Assembly (NCBI GenBank): GCA_976551045.1
Contig: CDPCPM010000026.1
Span: 21,514,001-21,578,000, forward strand
From: Glaucostegus cemiculus
Lineage: Eukaryota
Direction of reading: 5' to 3'
Length of the DNA: 64,000 bases
Part shown: piece after piece, positions 41,450 through 53,128 of the stretch
How the letters are laid out: every line of letters begins with the position of its first letter
Numbering within the stretch: the first letter of the stretch is position 1
Notes under the pieces: model-generated
What the model saw: the letters and a program-made list of their open reading frames with translations, nothing else
Database searches by the model: none
Told to the model about the DNA's origin: nothing
Translations under genes and position numbers: made by a program

Positions 41450-41917
41450 TGAGGGTGCAGAAGACATTTACCAGGATGCTGCCTGAATTAGAGGGTATTA
41501 GCTATAAGCAGAGGTTGGACAAATGTGGATTGTTTTCTCTGGAGGCTGAAGGGAGACCCCATAGAAGCTTATAAAATTGTGAGAGGTACATATAGGGTGG
41601 ACAGAATATTTTTCCCAGGGTAGAAATGTCAAATACTAGAGGGCACAGCTTTACGGTGAGGGGAGAAAATTTAAAGGAGATGTGTGGGGCAAGCTTTTTT
41701 TTACATAGAGAGTGGTAGATGCTTGGAATGCTCTGCCAGGGGTGGTGGTGGAAGCAGATATAGTAGAGGCATTTAAGAGGAGTCTAGATAGGCACACAGA
41801 TATGCAGGGAATGGAGGGATATGGATCATGTGCAGCCAGAAGGGACTAGTTTAATTTGGCATCATGTTCAGAACCACCATGGGCCAAAGGCCTGTTCCTG
41901 TGCTGTACTGTTCTATG
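41450..41917 (+). mobile_element. 5'-truncated CR1 LINE
   Basis: RVQKTFTRMLPELEGISYKQRLDKCGLFSLE, TRGHSFTVRG. Tail gggccaaaggcctgttcctgtgctgtactgttctatg. Confidence 0.9.
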
Positions 41918-42249
41918 CAGCATTCCAGAGCCTTGATTCAATTCACAAAATAACTTTGTTATATGAGATCTATTATCATGGTTAATGGATGGAATTTCCC
42001 AGGACTTTCTCCCAGCCATGCCGAGTTAGCGCAAGGGTGGTGGGGATGGAGATCTAATCTTCCATCCAGGCAGAACTGCAGCAGAACCAAGTGTCATCTG
42101 TTTGGCTGCAATGACTAACATGTGCTCAGTACCATCGTGGAATTTTAAGTGCAATATCTCAAGGCTAATATTAAGGTCAAATGTGAACTAATAATTTTGA
42201 ATTCTTATCTATGTTTGGGTTGGAGTAGAAAACATGTCTACATTTTAAA

Positions 42250-43718
42250 CTAAATAGTAGGGGAGTGGGTTCAACAGATTGGAAAAATATGGATACAGTA
42301 AAAGGGAAGGAGAGTGCAAGAGAGGTTACTGAAGTCTCCAGAATAAAGAATAAGACAGAAAGTTTAGAGAGGGATGAGAATTTAACTTCAGGCAACATGG
42401 AGACAAAATTGAGAAGAAGGGTGGTGAATACAGGACTGAAGGTGTTATATTTGAATGCACGCAGTGTACAGAATAAGGTAGATGAGCTTATAGTGCAGTT
42501 AGAAATTGGCAGGTACGATGTAGTGGGCGTGACAGAGTAGTGGTTGAAAGAAGATTACAGCTGGGAGCTAAACATCCAAGGATACACATCCTATTGAAAA
42601 GACAGGCAAGTAGGCAGAGGGGATAGGGTTGGTCTGTTGATGAAAAATGAAATCAAATCCTTAGAAAGAAGTGACATAGGATCAGAAGATGTAGAATCCT
42701 TGTGGGTAGAATTAAGAAAATGCAAGGATGAAAAGACCTTGTTGGGAATTAGAACATAGAACATAGATACCTACAGCACAATTCAGGCCCTTCGGCCCAC
42801 AAAGCTGTGCCGAACATGTCCCCACACTATTAGGCTTACCCATAACCTTCTATCTTATTTACCTCCATGTACCTATCCAACAGTCTCTTGAAAGACCCTA
42901 ACGTATCCGCCTCCACCACCATCTCCGGCAGCCCATTCCACGCACTCACCACTCTCTGAGTAAAAAACTTACCCCTAACATCTCCCCTATATCTTCCCCC
43001 CAGCACCTTAAACCTATGTCCTCTTGTGGCCACCATTTCAGCCCTGGGGAAAAGCCTCCAACTATCTACCCTATCCATACCTCTCATCATCTTATACACC
43101 TCAATCAGGTCCCCCCTCATCCTCCTTCTCTCCAAGGAGAAAAGGCCGAGTTCCCGCAGCCTGCTCTCATAAGGCATGCTCCCCATTCCAGGCAGCATCC
43201 TCGTAAACCTCCTCTGCACCCTCTCTATAGCTTCCACATCCTTCCTGTAGAGGCGACCATATAAAGACCTCCGAATGGTAGCCAGGATGTGGGTACAAAT
43301 TACAACAGGAAATAGAAAAGGCATATAAAAATGGCAATGTTACGGTGGTCATGGGGGATTTCAATAAGCAGGTAGATTGGGAAAATCAGGTTGGTACTGG
43401 ATCCCAAGAGAAGGAATTTGTAGAATGCCTACCAGAGGGCACAGCCTCAGAATGGAAGGATGTCCCTTTAGAAAAGAGATGAGGAAGAATTTCTTTAACC
43501 AGGGGGTGGTGAATCTGTGGAATTCATTGCTGCAGACAGTTGTGGAGATCAAGTTATTAGGAATATTTAAAGTGGCGGTTGACAGTTCTTAATTAGTATG
43601 GGCATCAAAGGTAACAGGAGAATGGGGTTGAGGGAAAAATAAATAAGCCATGATTGAATGGCGGAGCAGACTTGATAGGCTGAATGGCCTAATTCTGCTC
43701 CTACATCTTATGGTCTTA
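42250..43718 (+). mobile_element. CR1 LINE with the ORF2 endonuclease N-terminus joined directly to the C-terminus and 3' UTR (RT missing), interrupted by a second CR1
   Basis: LKVLYLNARSVQNKVDEL...YDVVGVTE*WL...VESLWVELR...TLLGI | I*RPPN...VVMGDFN, then TRGHSLR...MRKNFFNQGVVNLWNSL and tail gctgaatggcctaattctgctcctacatcttatggtcttatgg. Confidence 0.88.
42751..43258 (-). mobile_element. Young 5'-truncated CR1 nested in the previous element
   Basis: Uninterrupted ORF2 C-terminus (YRKDVEAIERVQRRFTRMLPG...TRGHRFK...FFTQRVVSAWNGLP...EGYG*) and tail ctatgttctatgttct. Confidence 0.93.
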
Positions 43719-44285
43719 TGGTTCATTTTGGGAAACATTGGTTTACCACTGTCACTTAATATTTTTAACATTGAAACTTCATTCAAATGAATAAAAAATA
43801 GTTTTTAGTACTTTAAGGATTTTTTAAATTATTGAACAATAACTTACTCATTACTTAAAGCAAGGCATCAGCTACTGTGTAATGCCAGATCCACATTAAA
43901 TATGGGAGGGTACTAATGCAGGAAGATCTGTATAAATCACCCTGTTGTAAAAGAAAGCATTTGTATGACTTTAATAAGCCAATGCAGAAAATCTATGATT
44001 GCAGCTGAGAGATCTGAAATCTGGCTGTGTGGCCAGATTATATTATTTTAATTGCAATTGCTACCTATGCCTTTTAAACAACCTATTGTGAGAATACAGA
44101 AGATTAGATCAGATCTCTGCAAAGAAAACAGGCGCTGTCCAAAGTGCAACCAACAAAGCTCACAAACCAATGATCTTGCTGGCAGTGATGACATTGGAAT
44201 CTTCTAAACAGAAAGTTCCTTGAACCTGACAGACCACACAAATTGTGCTACTTTCCCCTCATGTTTCCCTTCTGCTTCAGATCAA

Positions 44286-44330
44286 TAATGCAACTTAAAT
44301 TATTATTAATGCAACTTAAATTATTATTAA
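44286..44330. repeat. Perfect 21-bp tandem duplication
   Basis: taatgcaacttaaattattat twice (44286-44306, 44307-44327). Confidence 0.95.
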
Positions 44331-44654
44331 CTACTTTCAATGATAAACCTCCAGTAGTTGAAACCTATCTGGGGGAGTGAAATCCCATTGATTTCTAGAA
44401 AGGGCCAGAGATTACATGCAATAGTCACAAGTGATATGTGCAGACTACGGCACTCTGGGTAAACCACCAATCTCAGGAAAGCCTTGTGTTCTCTTTGGCT
44501 ACAGTGTAACAGGTTCTCCAATAAAAAGACCCTCAGTGGTCTTTCTTACATAATATTGGATGGAAAATTTTGAGATGCAGCAAAATATTCTTCAGTTCTA
44601 GGCTGGAAAGATTCCTATGATCAACTTTGCAACCAAACAGCAATGTAGATCTTG

Positions 44655-44720
44655 CCCTGATTTAATTTCCATAGATGCTGTCTGATCTGTTGAATATCCC
44701 CAGCATTCTCTGATTTTGTG
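44655..44720 (+). mobile_element. PLE terminal-repeat fragment
   Basis: ccatagatgctgtctgatctgttgaatatccccagcattctctgatttt. Confidence 0.55.
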
Positions 44721-46039
44721 CAATTTTTCACTTTTCAGTGGTTATTCATTCGTGGTAATGCATCTTGGAAGTGCTTGAAAATGTGAGTAACATATCTATA
44801 AAGTGGTGCTCTTTCTTGAAATGTGACTGCTGTATGCAAGTTTGGAACACTGCTATTATCACATCGCCTTTGTTGCCAAATTATTACTATTTAATATGCA
44901 AATTACATAGAAAACAAAAAACCTACACAGTAAGTGGAGCAACTGTTCACTCAGAATATAAAACTAACTCTTTATTGTAGATTTCAACTGTCATGACAAT
45001 AATTAAGCTCTTAGCTGATGCTGCATCATTCTTTATTCACATTCCCAAATAGAGCTAGTACCCATCTGCTTCACCAAGTATACATTCCTACTCCTGTTCC
45101 AATATCTACACTATCAAACATGCCTGTTTTAACTGCAGGATTAGCTGCTGGTGTGTGTGTTAGGATTTAGAGTTATAGTCTAGTTAGTTTAGACAAGTCT
45201 GTGCTAATTTATATTTATGAAATATTAAGGCACTGCAGTCTGGAAAACATTAGATTGCAAAGTACTGCAGTGCAATGCCTTCTGAGTGACAGACAGAAGA
45301 AGGTTCATAGTTAGCCAATTATTTTCCCAGAAAGCCAAAATACACATTTAGCAGAAATCACACACGAAAAAAGTCAATTTTTTTGGTAATTTTATCTATT
45401 TAACTAAATTATATGTTTCTTTCAGGTATTGACACAACATGAAATATCCAGTCAATTCCATGATTATTTTGTCACAAAAGATGTTCCAAAATTCTATTAA
45501 TGTAATTTTATCACCTTATTTTGAATGCTAAGTGTTACTGGATGAGTGAAAATTGGACATTAGTAATGTAATTCCGCACATTTTCGACTCTTTCTGCTAT
45601 TATGCTTTGGCAAGTCACAAGAAAATAAATGATGAAAGGAAGCTGGAAAGATTAACGCACATAAAGCAGACGGTATTATTTACAGGTGGAACTTTTGCAC
45701 ATTCTTCATACAATTGGGGGTTTTACTATTTTGTTTTCCAATCTCAGTCATGCTATGGTAGGAAGTCAAGTGCTTTTCAGTAGGAAAACCAGGTAAATCT
45801 CAATATCCATGTAGTAGCTCATTTTAGATTAGCACTGCTGTGATGCTAATGATGATAGATGCAAATTATTCCTGTACGCTGAAACTTTGGGAACTAAATT
45901 GGATAACACTGGAAAATGGGATCATAATGTCCCACCCACAATATTGATCACCTCTAGATATCACCAGAAGGTCTAATTTTGTGGTGAAGAGCCTGCATAA
46001 GCTAGCTTCTCCTCATTAAAACTTTTCTATAATTCTTAA

Positions 46040-47720
46040 AAGGGAGGTACAGCTGGCAGCAGTGGACCAGGAAGGTCTGGAAGAGACCGTAAAAGAGATG
46101 AAAGGTACAACCTAGGAGAGGGGAGGCTCTGTGAAGACAAAATGTGGAAAGAAGATTTCCAGTATCCACAAAAACCCAGCAGGCTGATTGTTCATTGAAA
46201 ATGCAGTGGGAGAAGGCAACCATGGGGTGAATGCCAGAAACCAATCCCTTGATCCTGGAACGAACAGTAATGCAGAAGTGTCAATGCCCCTCACACATGC
46301 AGTCAAATTCAGTGAAAACATCATCAAATATTGCATTTCATCAAGTGCACAACCAGCTTCACACTTTGCCCAAAGCACCATACCCACAGTAGCTAACAAC
46401 CAGCAACCTCTGCCAAGCAGGACAAGTACCCACTATTAGTCTGCTGCACCAAACCTTCCATCGCTTACCACTACTCCAAACCTAACACCCAATGCTTCCA
46501 CACACTGTCAGCTATTTGTCCATAATAACCATATCAAACTAACATACTGCACAACACTAATCAACATAACCTCCGTCTGAACTGCAGAACAAGATAGTGC
46601 ACAACCCAGTGCCAGCAGCAGCAATTTGGTGGCAGTTTGTGAGGCTGCATCACATTATACAACCTCACCATACCGAGAGCAACCATAGCTGAGTCCAGGA
46701 CCAGTAACAGGCCCAAGATGATCAAAGCTGAGCATACATTCATATTTAATCCTCCTTTTTATCCCCACATCCTCCTTAACCTGCAACCATTTCAAATAAC
46801 AAGCTGCAAATGGAGCAAGCATGTACATAGAGCTGTTACTGCAGCACAATTTTTATGCTTTTCCCCTTTCAAATGGCTAAGGATTACAATGTGGCCCAAC
46901 AGTGATCAAAGAGCAAGCCAAGGGAAGACATGCTGTCACTCTGTTTGACACTTGCAGCTATCAGCTCAGATTCTGACACAGTGTTTAGAGATGGGATTTT
47001 ACCTCTGATTAGTTACTGAGCACCAATAACTTGCTGCCAAGGTAGGCATCAGGTTAATCCAGGAACTGGCTTCCTTGAGACTAAGCTCACCCTTGGGTTC
47101 AGAGGACACAGACAGGGGCAGAATAGCACGCAGCTGGTAGAGCTGCCACCTCACAGCGCCATTGACTCAGGTTCAGTCCTGAGGTCAGATGCTGTCCATG
47201 TGGAGCTTGTCCGCTTCTCCCTGTGAATGTCTGGGTTACCTCTGAGTTCTCCAAAATCTTGGTAGATTAATTGGCCACTGTGACATGTAGGTGAGTGGTA
47301 GAATCTCGGGGGGGGGGGGGGGGAGTTGTTAAGAATACAGGATTAGTCTAAATGGGTGGTTGAAGGTCAGTGTGGGCTGGGTGAGTTACAGGACATATTC
47401 CTGTGCTGTATACGTAGAGGATGGCTGAGAAAAGTGCACAATGAAATGCTTAGTGCATAGGCAAACCTGTCAGAAATTATTGAGCAGAATTCCATGGAGC
47501 ACAGAGGTTGCTCCTTCCCAATGCAAACTTACAACTGGGACATACGGCCAAGTTGAACAATAAGAAAGAACAGCCATAATGAAATATACAAGAGTTATTA
47601 GTTGACCTTGTATGATTCTCAGCCTTATTTGTTGCAGAATGTTTAGGATGTTGCTCTTTCATGGAGGATCTCCTTACTGTACCTCTAACCAACGCTGGAG
47701 CATGCTCTAATCCATTTGTT
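46040..47720 (+). mobile_element. Decayed PIF/Harbinger-like element (Myb/SANT-like gene relic), interrupted by a V-SINE
   Basis: gcagtgggagaagg...gtgaatgccagaa...cctgga...tgcagaag...tcaatgcccctcacac resembles WExVAxxVNARxxxxRxWxQCRKKFNDLT. An apparent second exon starts ctgcagaacaagatagtgcacaac. Confidence 0.45.
47115..47413 (+). mobile_element. tRNA-derived V-SINE with an internal poly-G run
   Basis: gcagctggtagagctgccacctcacagcgcc...ggttcagtcctg, V-domain, G run at 47308-47323, tail cctgtgctgta. Confidence 0.8.
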
Positions 47721-49780
47721 CACAATTCCCATGTGCACAATAGACTTTTACACAAGTGATCACCATGCATGGCAACCAATGTCCAAGTGTCTGCATGTCA
47801 TACTCAGTGAATCGTAAATATTTCAGGACGTGAATGCAAGTACAAAGTAGGCATGATCAGGTTTTAGATGAAGCTCATACAAAAACATTGCATGGTAGGC
47901 CTTAGTTTCTGCCACACCATACCTTGTATGTCTCACGAATTGTAATGAGGTCTGAAAACACTAAACGATAGTTAGTTCCAATCACCACTCCAAAAAGATC
48001 AATCAGCAGAATAGCGCACATATAATTGCTGATTTTTTGAAATAGCACAGAATGAGTGTCAGGGATCCTTCCTGCTAAATTCCATGCAAGTAGAAAACAC
48101 GATATTAACTGCATCCTTAAGGTCCAATTTGACAGAGCTGATAATACAGTCAACATCGCACAGTAACTGACATGTGTAATTCTGCACTCTGTGTACTTAT
48201 ACTGTGTGAGAATGTCACTGTCTGCCTTCCAACATGGCAGCAGTACTGACTTATGTTACAAATGTACATGGATGCAATGAACATCAATTTTTACACATGT
48301 AATTCAGCCAAACTTTACAGCTTGCTTGTAATGGATGGAAATGCGCAACTTTCTTATTGCTCAATAGTTACTTTTCAAAAATGAAATCCTTTCTGCATTA
48401 TGAAACAGTGGTTTCTGATTGCTATATGTAGATTGGAGAGTTGGTAAATGGGGTAGTATATTAGACATATTTGGAAACTTTGACTTTGAAGATATGCTGT
48501 GCAAATATTACTATATTAACCACTAATGCACATGTATTGTTATTTAGATACTAACTTAATGACTTAATGGTGTCATTTGCTTATTTGAAGTAAATATTGA
48601 CTTTGTTAAAATGGCAAACCCTACCAATAACAAAGAAGACACAGCAACTGAAGACAAAAGATATTGAGCAGATGTTTACATTCACATTAAAGTTCACTTA
48701 ATTTTGTACTGGGATTATCAATCTACTTCTGACAAGCAAGTGTTAAATATTTGGTAAGTATATTGAGCATCTATTAACTAAGTAATGCAAATATTTTATT
48801 TAAATTTCTGATGAAGCAACATTATAATAGCAAGGTCTATTAAATAATCATTTGAATATGGCTACAAACAAGTGAATGTTAAGAGATGTGTGCCTTATAT
48901 GCTGAGGCTTAATATACAAATTGGCTAAAGTTATAAAATACCTCATCTATATTTTTCTCCGGTGGTACCCTGATCAAATAGTTCACTTTGATCCCTTATT
49001 TATGTGGGATAATGGCTCGTTTATGTGGGATGATGGGAGAAAAGTGTGTGGTGGGTGGAAGGAAGCATTAGAGCTACCAACATGGAGAAAAATAGAAATC
49101 AATTTATATATGTATAATTGTTTCTGAATCTTTTATACATTTCCAATTTCATTTTGTTGTTATTTGTCCAGGGAATGCAAAAGAGATGGCATATTTAAAT
49201 TCATAAAATGTAGATTCACCCTCGAATTAACCCTCAAAGGAGTATGTATGCACTGTTGGTTTCATTACAATACTGAGTACAGGTTTGCAGCCTGCTCTCC
49301 TGTAGTTAGGGATGGCCGTAAAGCCCCTCTGTTGGCTTTGCTCTCATTTTTATTACAAAATTATGTTGCTTAGTTCCAATGAGAACTTGCAATCTGTAAT
49401 ATCACACCCTGTGTGTGGGACATAAAGAATTGCTCCGCTGTCACCTTAGACTGTCCCCGACTGTAGATGTTCAATCAACCGCTTATTTTGGCGAGATATT
49501 TAGACTGATCGTCTGACTTTTGAAACAGAGCCAAATGCTAAAAAGACTAATCCATTAGAAATGAACCATTAAAACTTCTGTGTATAGGTCAAGTGGCTGT
49601 ATTGTTAAACCACAGAGTGCTGTAGTGCACGGTTATCTGACAGATCTAATATTTTATTCCCCATTGTACTGTCAGTGCCATACAAAACTGGAGTTTGAAC
49701 AGTATCAATAGGTACCACTGAATCACATGCTAGTATTTGAGAAAATGCGAAATAAAACACTGGTGTTTTCTCAAGGGCTA

Positions 49781-50631
49781 AATATTGTCAATGGTTTTTT
49801 TTATGGTGATAGACTGAAGTATCTATCCTGACAACATAGTCACCACTGACTCAATGATTGACCACACTTGTTCCTTTAGAACTGGCCTACAACAAGATGG
49901 TTGCCACAAAAGGGAAGCTGAATTTCAACAGAAAATAATTTAAAAAGTCAACTGGATTATGGAGAACCCCAGATTCCTGGAAGATTAACACTGTTAACTT
50001 TCTGCTGAAGAAACATTGCACAGCTTCCCAAAATCCTTCCAAGAATGGTTCTTAGTGTCAATTTACTTTCCTTAGCTAGTTGACCAAAATAAGCTATTAA
50101 AGCAGGTTTCCTTCAGCGTCATTTAGAATCACAGATTTTTTTCTCAAGACATATGGTTAAATGTGCAGTGATGCTGTTAATTTATTGTGATAATTTATTG
50201 TGATAATGCAATCCACTCCATTACGATTCTAATTCATTAAAGCACTCACCTTCATCAGGGTGCATCTTACTAATGCCCAGAATACTTTACTGATTACAAT
50301 GAGTCCCATTCTGGCATCTTTTAGGTTTGCATTTAGAGGGTTGCATCATATAACACATATAGGAATGCAGTAACATGGACAGCAGGATTTTTCTAACAAT
50401 ACAACCAGCAGAAAGTTAACAGCATTAATCTTCCAAGAATATGGGGTTCTCCATAATCCAGTTGACTTTTAAATTATTTTCTGTTGAAATTCAGCTTCCC
50501 TTTTGTGGCAACCATCTAGTTGTAGGCCAGTTCCAAAGGAACAAGTGTGGTCAATCATTGAGTCAGTGGTGACTATGTTGTCAGGATAGATACTTCAATC
50601 TATCACCATAAAAAAAAACATTGACAATATT
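49781..50631. repeat. Long inverted repeat: arms 49781-50007 and 50406-50631, 398-bp spacer
   Basis: Manual alignment of the left arm to the reverse-complemented right arm gives about 8 substitutions and 1 indel in 227 nt (~96%). Confidence 0.97.
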
Positions 50632-50864
50632 GCCATGGTTGTATTGTTGCCCATTTTAAAATTAAGTTCCTTTTCTCATATATTAAAAGCCAACATGATA
50701 ATGAAAATGTTATAGCTTTTCTCTCTTGCCAAACAACAAAAAGCTTTTTCTCACTGTTTTGTTATTCAGTGAATCATTTAATTCTATGATTCACTTTTCT
50801 CATTTCTTGCTTTCAGGTGTCTGTCGTTTCCCTTCTGACCATGGAGACAAAGCATAATGAGATG

Positions 50865-50935
50865 AGGTCCAACTCCAGAACTTGAGCACGTAACACAGAT
50901 TGGTACTCTGATACAGGATGGAGGCACTGCAGAGG
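50865..50935 (+). mobile_element. Deu-type SINE 5' fragment
   Basis: gtccaactccagaacttgagcacgtaacacagattggtactc...ggaggcactgc. Confidence 0.45.
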
Positions 50936-52989
50936 CTCATCAAATCAACTCCATATTTTCCAATTCTAGACCAAAAATAATTGAGGATAAATTCTTTCCC
51001 TTTTCTCTGAATCTAGAGAGAGAATCCTTGAAAGGAACAACTCAACCTGCACCAGAAATTACTTGAAACTGTCTGTAGAAATGGAAAAACTTCAGAATGG
51101 ATGTAAATTGTATGTTCACACTATGATGTCATCTATATCCCATGACTGGCTCCAAGCATTGTGCTAAAATACGTCAAAAGCTAGGAAATACCTTTAGAAT
51201 AACTACACTGAAACGCATTTTCCAAACATTTCTTAGAATTAACAGTGTTAAATTCAGAAAAATTTTAGGAATGTGACTTCAAACAGGGTTTGTATATTCG
51301 CTCAATTGCTTTAGTGGGACTTTATCTTCCACAATGAATCACACGTCAGAAATCTAATTCCATGCTCTTCAATCTACTGTGTTGGTGTTGTCTCCATTTT
51401 AGAGTCAACAAATCTAACCTTACTTCCCAATATTTTTTCCCCTAACTTTTAATTATTTTCTTCAAGTGTTCACCTTGAACAGCTCATTTCTGGTAACATA
51501 TCTCTTACCTTAATATCCCTCAGTATGAACATTTCTTTCAATTTATCCCATTATATCTACTGTATTAAATCTGAATTACTGCTTCCTTGTCAAACTGATG
51601 CACTGAATAAAGTGAGGGAATGTAAAAGCAGTGCTGGAATTCTAGGCAAGATATTGTGATCATGTGGCAGGTGGGCAGAATTCTTAACTTGCATCATGTG
51701 CAATAGTGATGCCTGCACTCCCTGCAGGCCATGTTCTATGGTCATGCAATGGGCTGTTTCATAAGGCAATTCCATTGACCAAATGCAAGGCTGAGTATAA
51801 CAGTGTGATCAGAAACCTCCTGTCGTTGCCTCAGTGATCAAACCAATCCTCTTCACTGTGAAATTCAACAGGTGAAATGTCACAAAAATCCAATCTTCAC
51901 AGTAAACCAGCCAAAATCTCAGAAGCTCAGCAAGTCTTACAAAGCTGTCGAACACAGGAATTTAGTCTGCGGAACGTTCCCCAATATTGCAACTCTGCCC
52001 TGTCATTATATCACAGAATATGCAACTGAAACTGTGATGACTTATTCTCTTGGGGTGGGGTGCAGGGTTGAAACTTTTAATAAGAGAGCAATAGAAAAAA
52101 ATTCCTCAACATTTCTGAGTGACAATTATTTTTACTAGAATAGCTTTCGTGCTTGGACCAAGGAGCTTCAAACTGTGAGGATAATTCTCTTGCCTGCTTC
52201 CTCCCCCAAAACAACGCAGATTTTCTTTTGCAGCCGACCCCCACTATAAATTTTATGCATCACCTTTGCTCACTCACAGCTCAGCAATCCACAGCGGGAG
52301 CACAGCCTGCAATCAGTTTTATTTCCATCTGGACAGGGGTCAAGCATGTAGCATCCACTGGTCTGGTGGATGCTTCAACAGGTTCCTGTTGTTCTTCGCG
52401 AGCCTCAGGAAATCTACTGAGGTTGCAGGTGCGAGAGAACAGTACGATAGGCTAAGCCAAAACATGGATGGACTTTTACGGACTACACAAAATGAAGCAT
52501 TACTGGCTGCCCACTTCAACATGAGGTTTTCATTAAGGGCCTGAATTCTTTCTTTCTCTGCAAAGTTAAACTGATTTATCTTTACAGACTTCTTAAAGTC
52601 AGAAATAAAACGAGGAAGCACTGATCTGCTGCCAGCTTCATGCAGCGCCTCCAGTGGTCACGGTTTAATGACACATATGGTTCCACGTAGCAGTGCTGAA
52701 GCTGTGGTGCACAACAAAAAAAAAACTTTTTGCTCCTCGTATTTCATGCTCCAGTTATACTGCGCCTAGCCATATAATATTAGAGAGTAGCACAACCTGT
52801 GCTTTCCAACCGGGCAAAGCAGATTTCTGCTTGACTGCTCTAAAATACGCACATCAAAAAAGCTCTGCTGCTGAAATTTCTACTCACTAAAGCAATGTGG
52901 TTGTTGGCTCTGCCCGGACATTAGAAATATTAAAGCAGGCTGTCTGAATACTTCTTTAAGTTAATGTTTTCATTTTTGAAAGTTAGATT

Positions 52990-53128
52990 TCTATATCTAT
53001 TCTGCTGTTTTGTGTTTGTTGTTGCATTTATTATTACCATGTATACTGTTTTGTCTGTGAGCTTCACATGAACAAGGAATTTCATTGCACCCTGGTGTGT
53101 ATGACAATAAACTAATCTGAATCTGAGA
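52990..53128 (+). mobile_element. Rex1/Babar-type LINE 3' tail
   Basis: aacaaggaatttcattgcaccctggtgtgtatgacaataaactaatctgaatctga, same tail style as 5280-5306. Confidence 0.7.

Noticed and set aside
41195-41450. GC-balanced stretch with overlapping ORFs, fused to the 5' end of a CR1 (possible retrocopy or chimera)
   Set aside because: No recognisable protein in the frames examined. It cannot be supported without a database search.
42836-43324. 162-aa ORF
   Set aside because: C-terminus of a 5'-truncated CR1 ORF2 plus antisense host-CR1 sequence. It has no RT domain and no real start.
49776-50640. Classifying the long inverted repeat as a typical MITE or DNA transposon
   Set aside because: No target-site duplication (flanks ...tcaagggcta and gccatggtt...), no recognisable TIR end motif and no transposase remnant in the spacer. 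Left unclassified.
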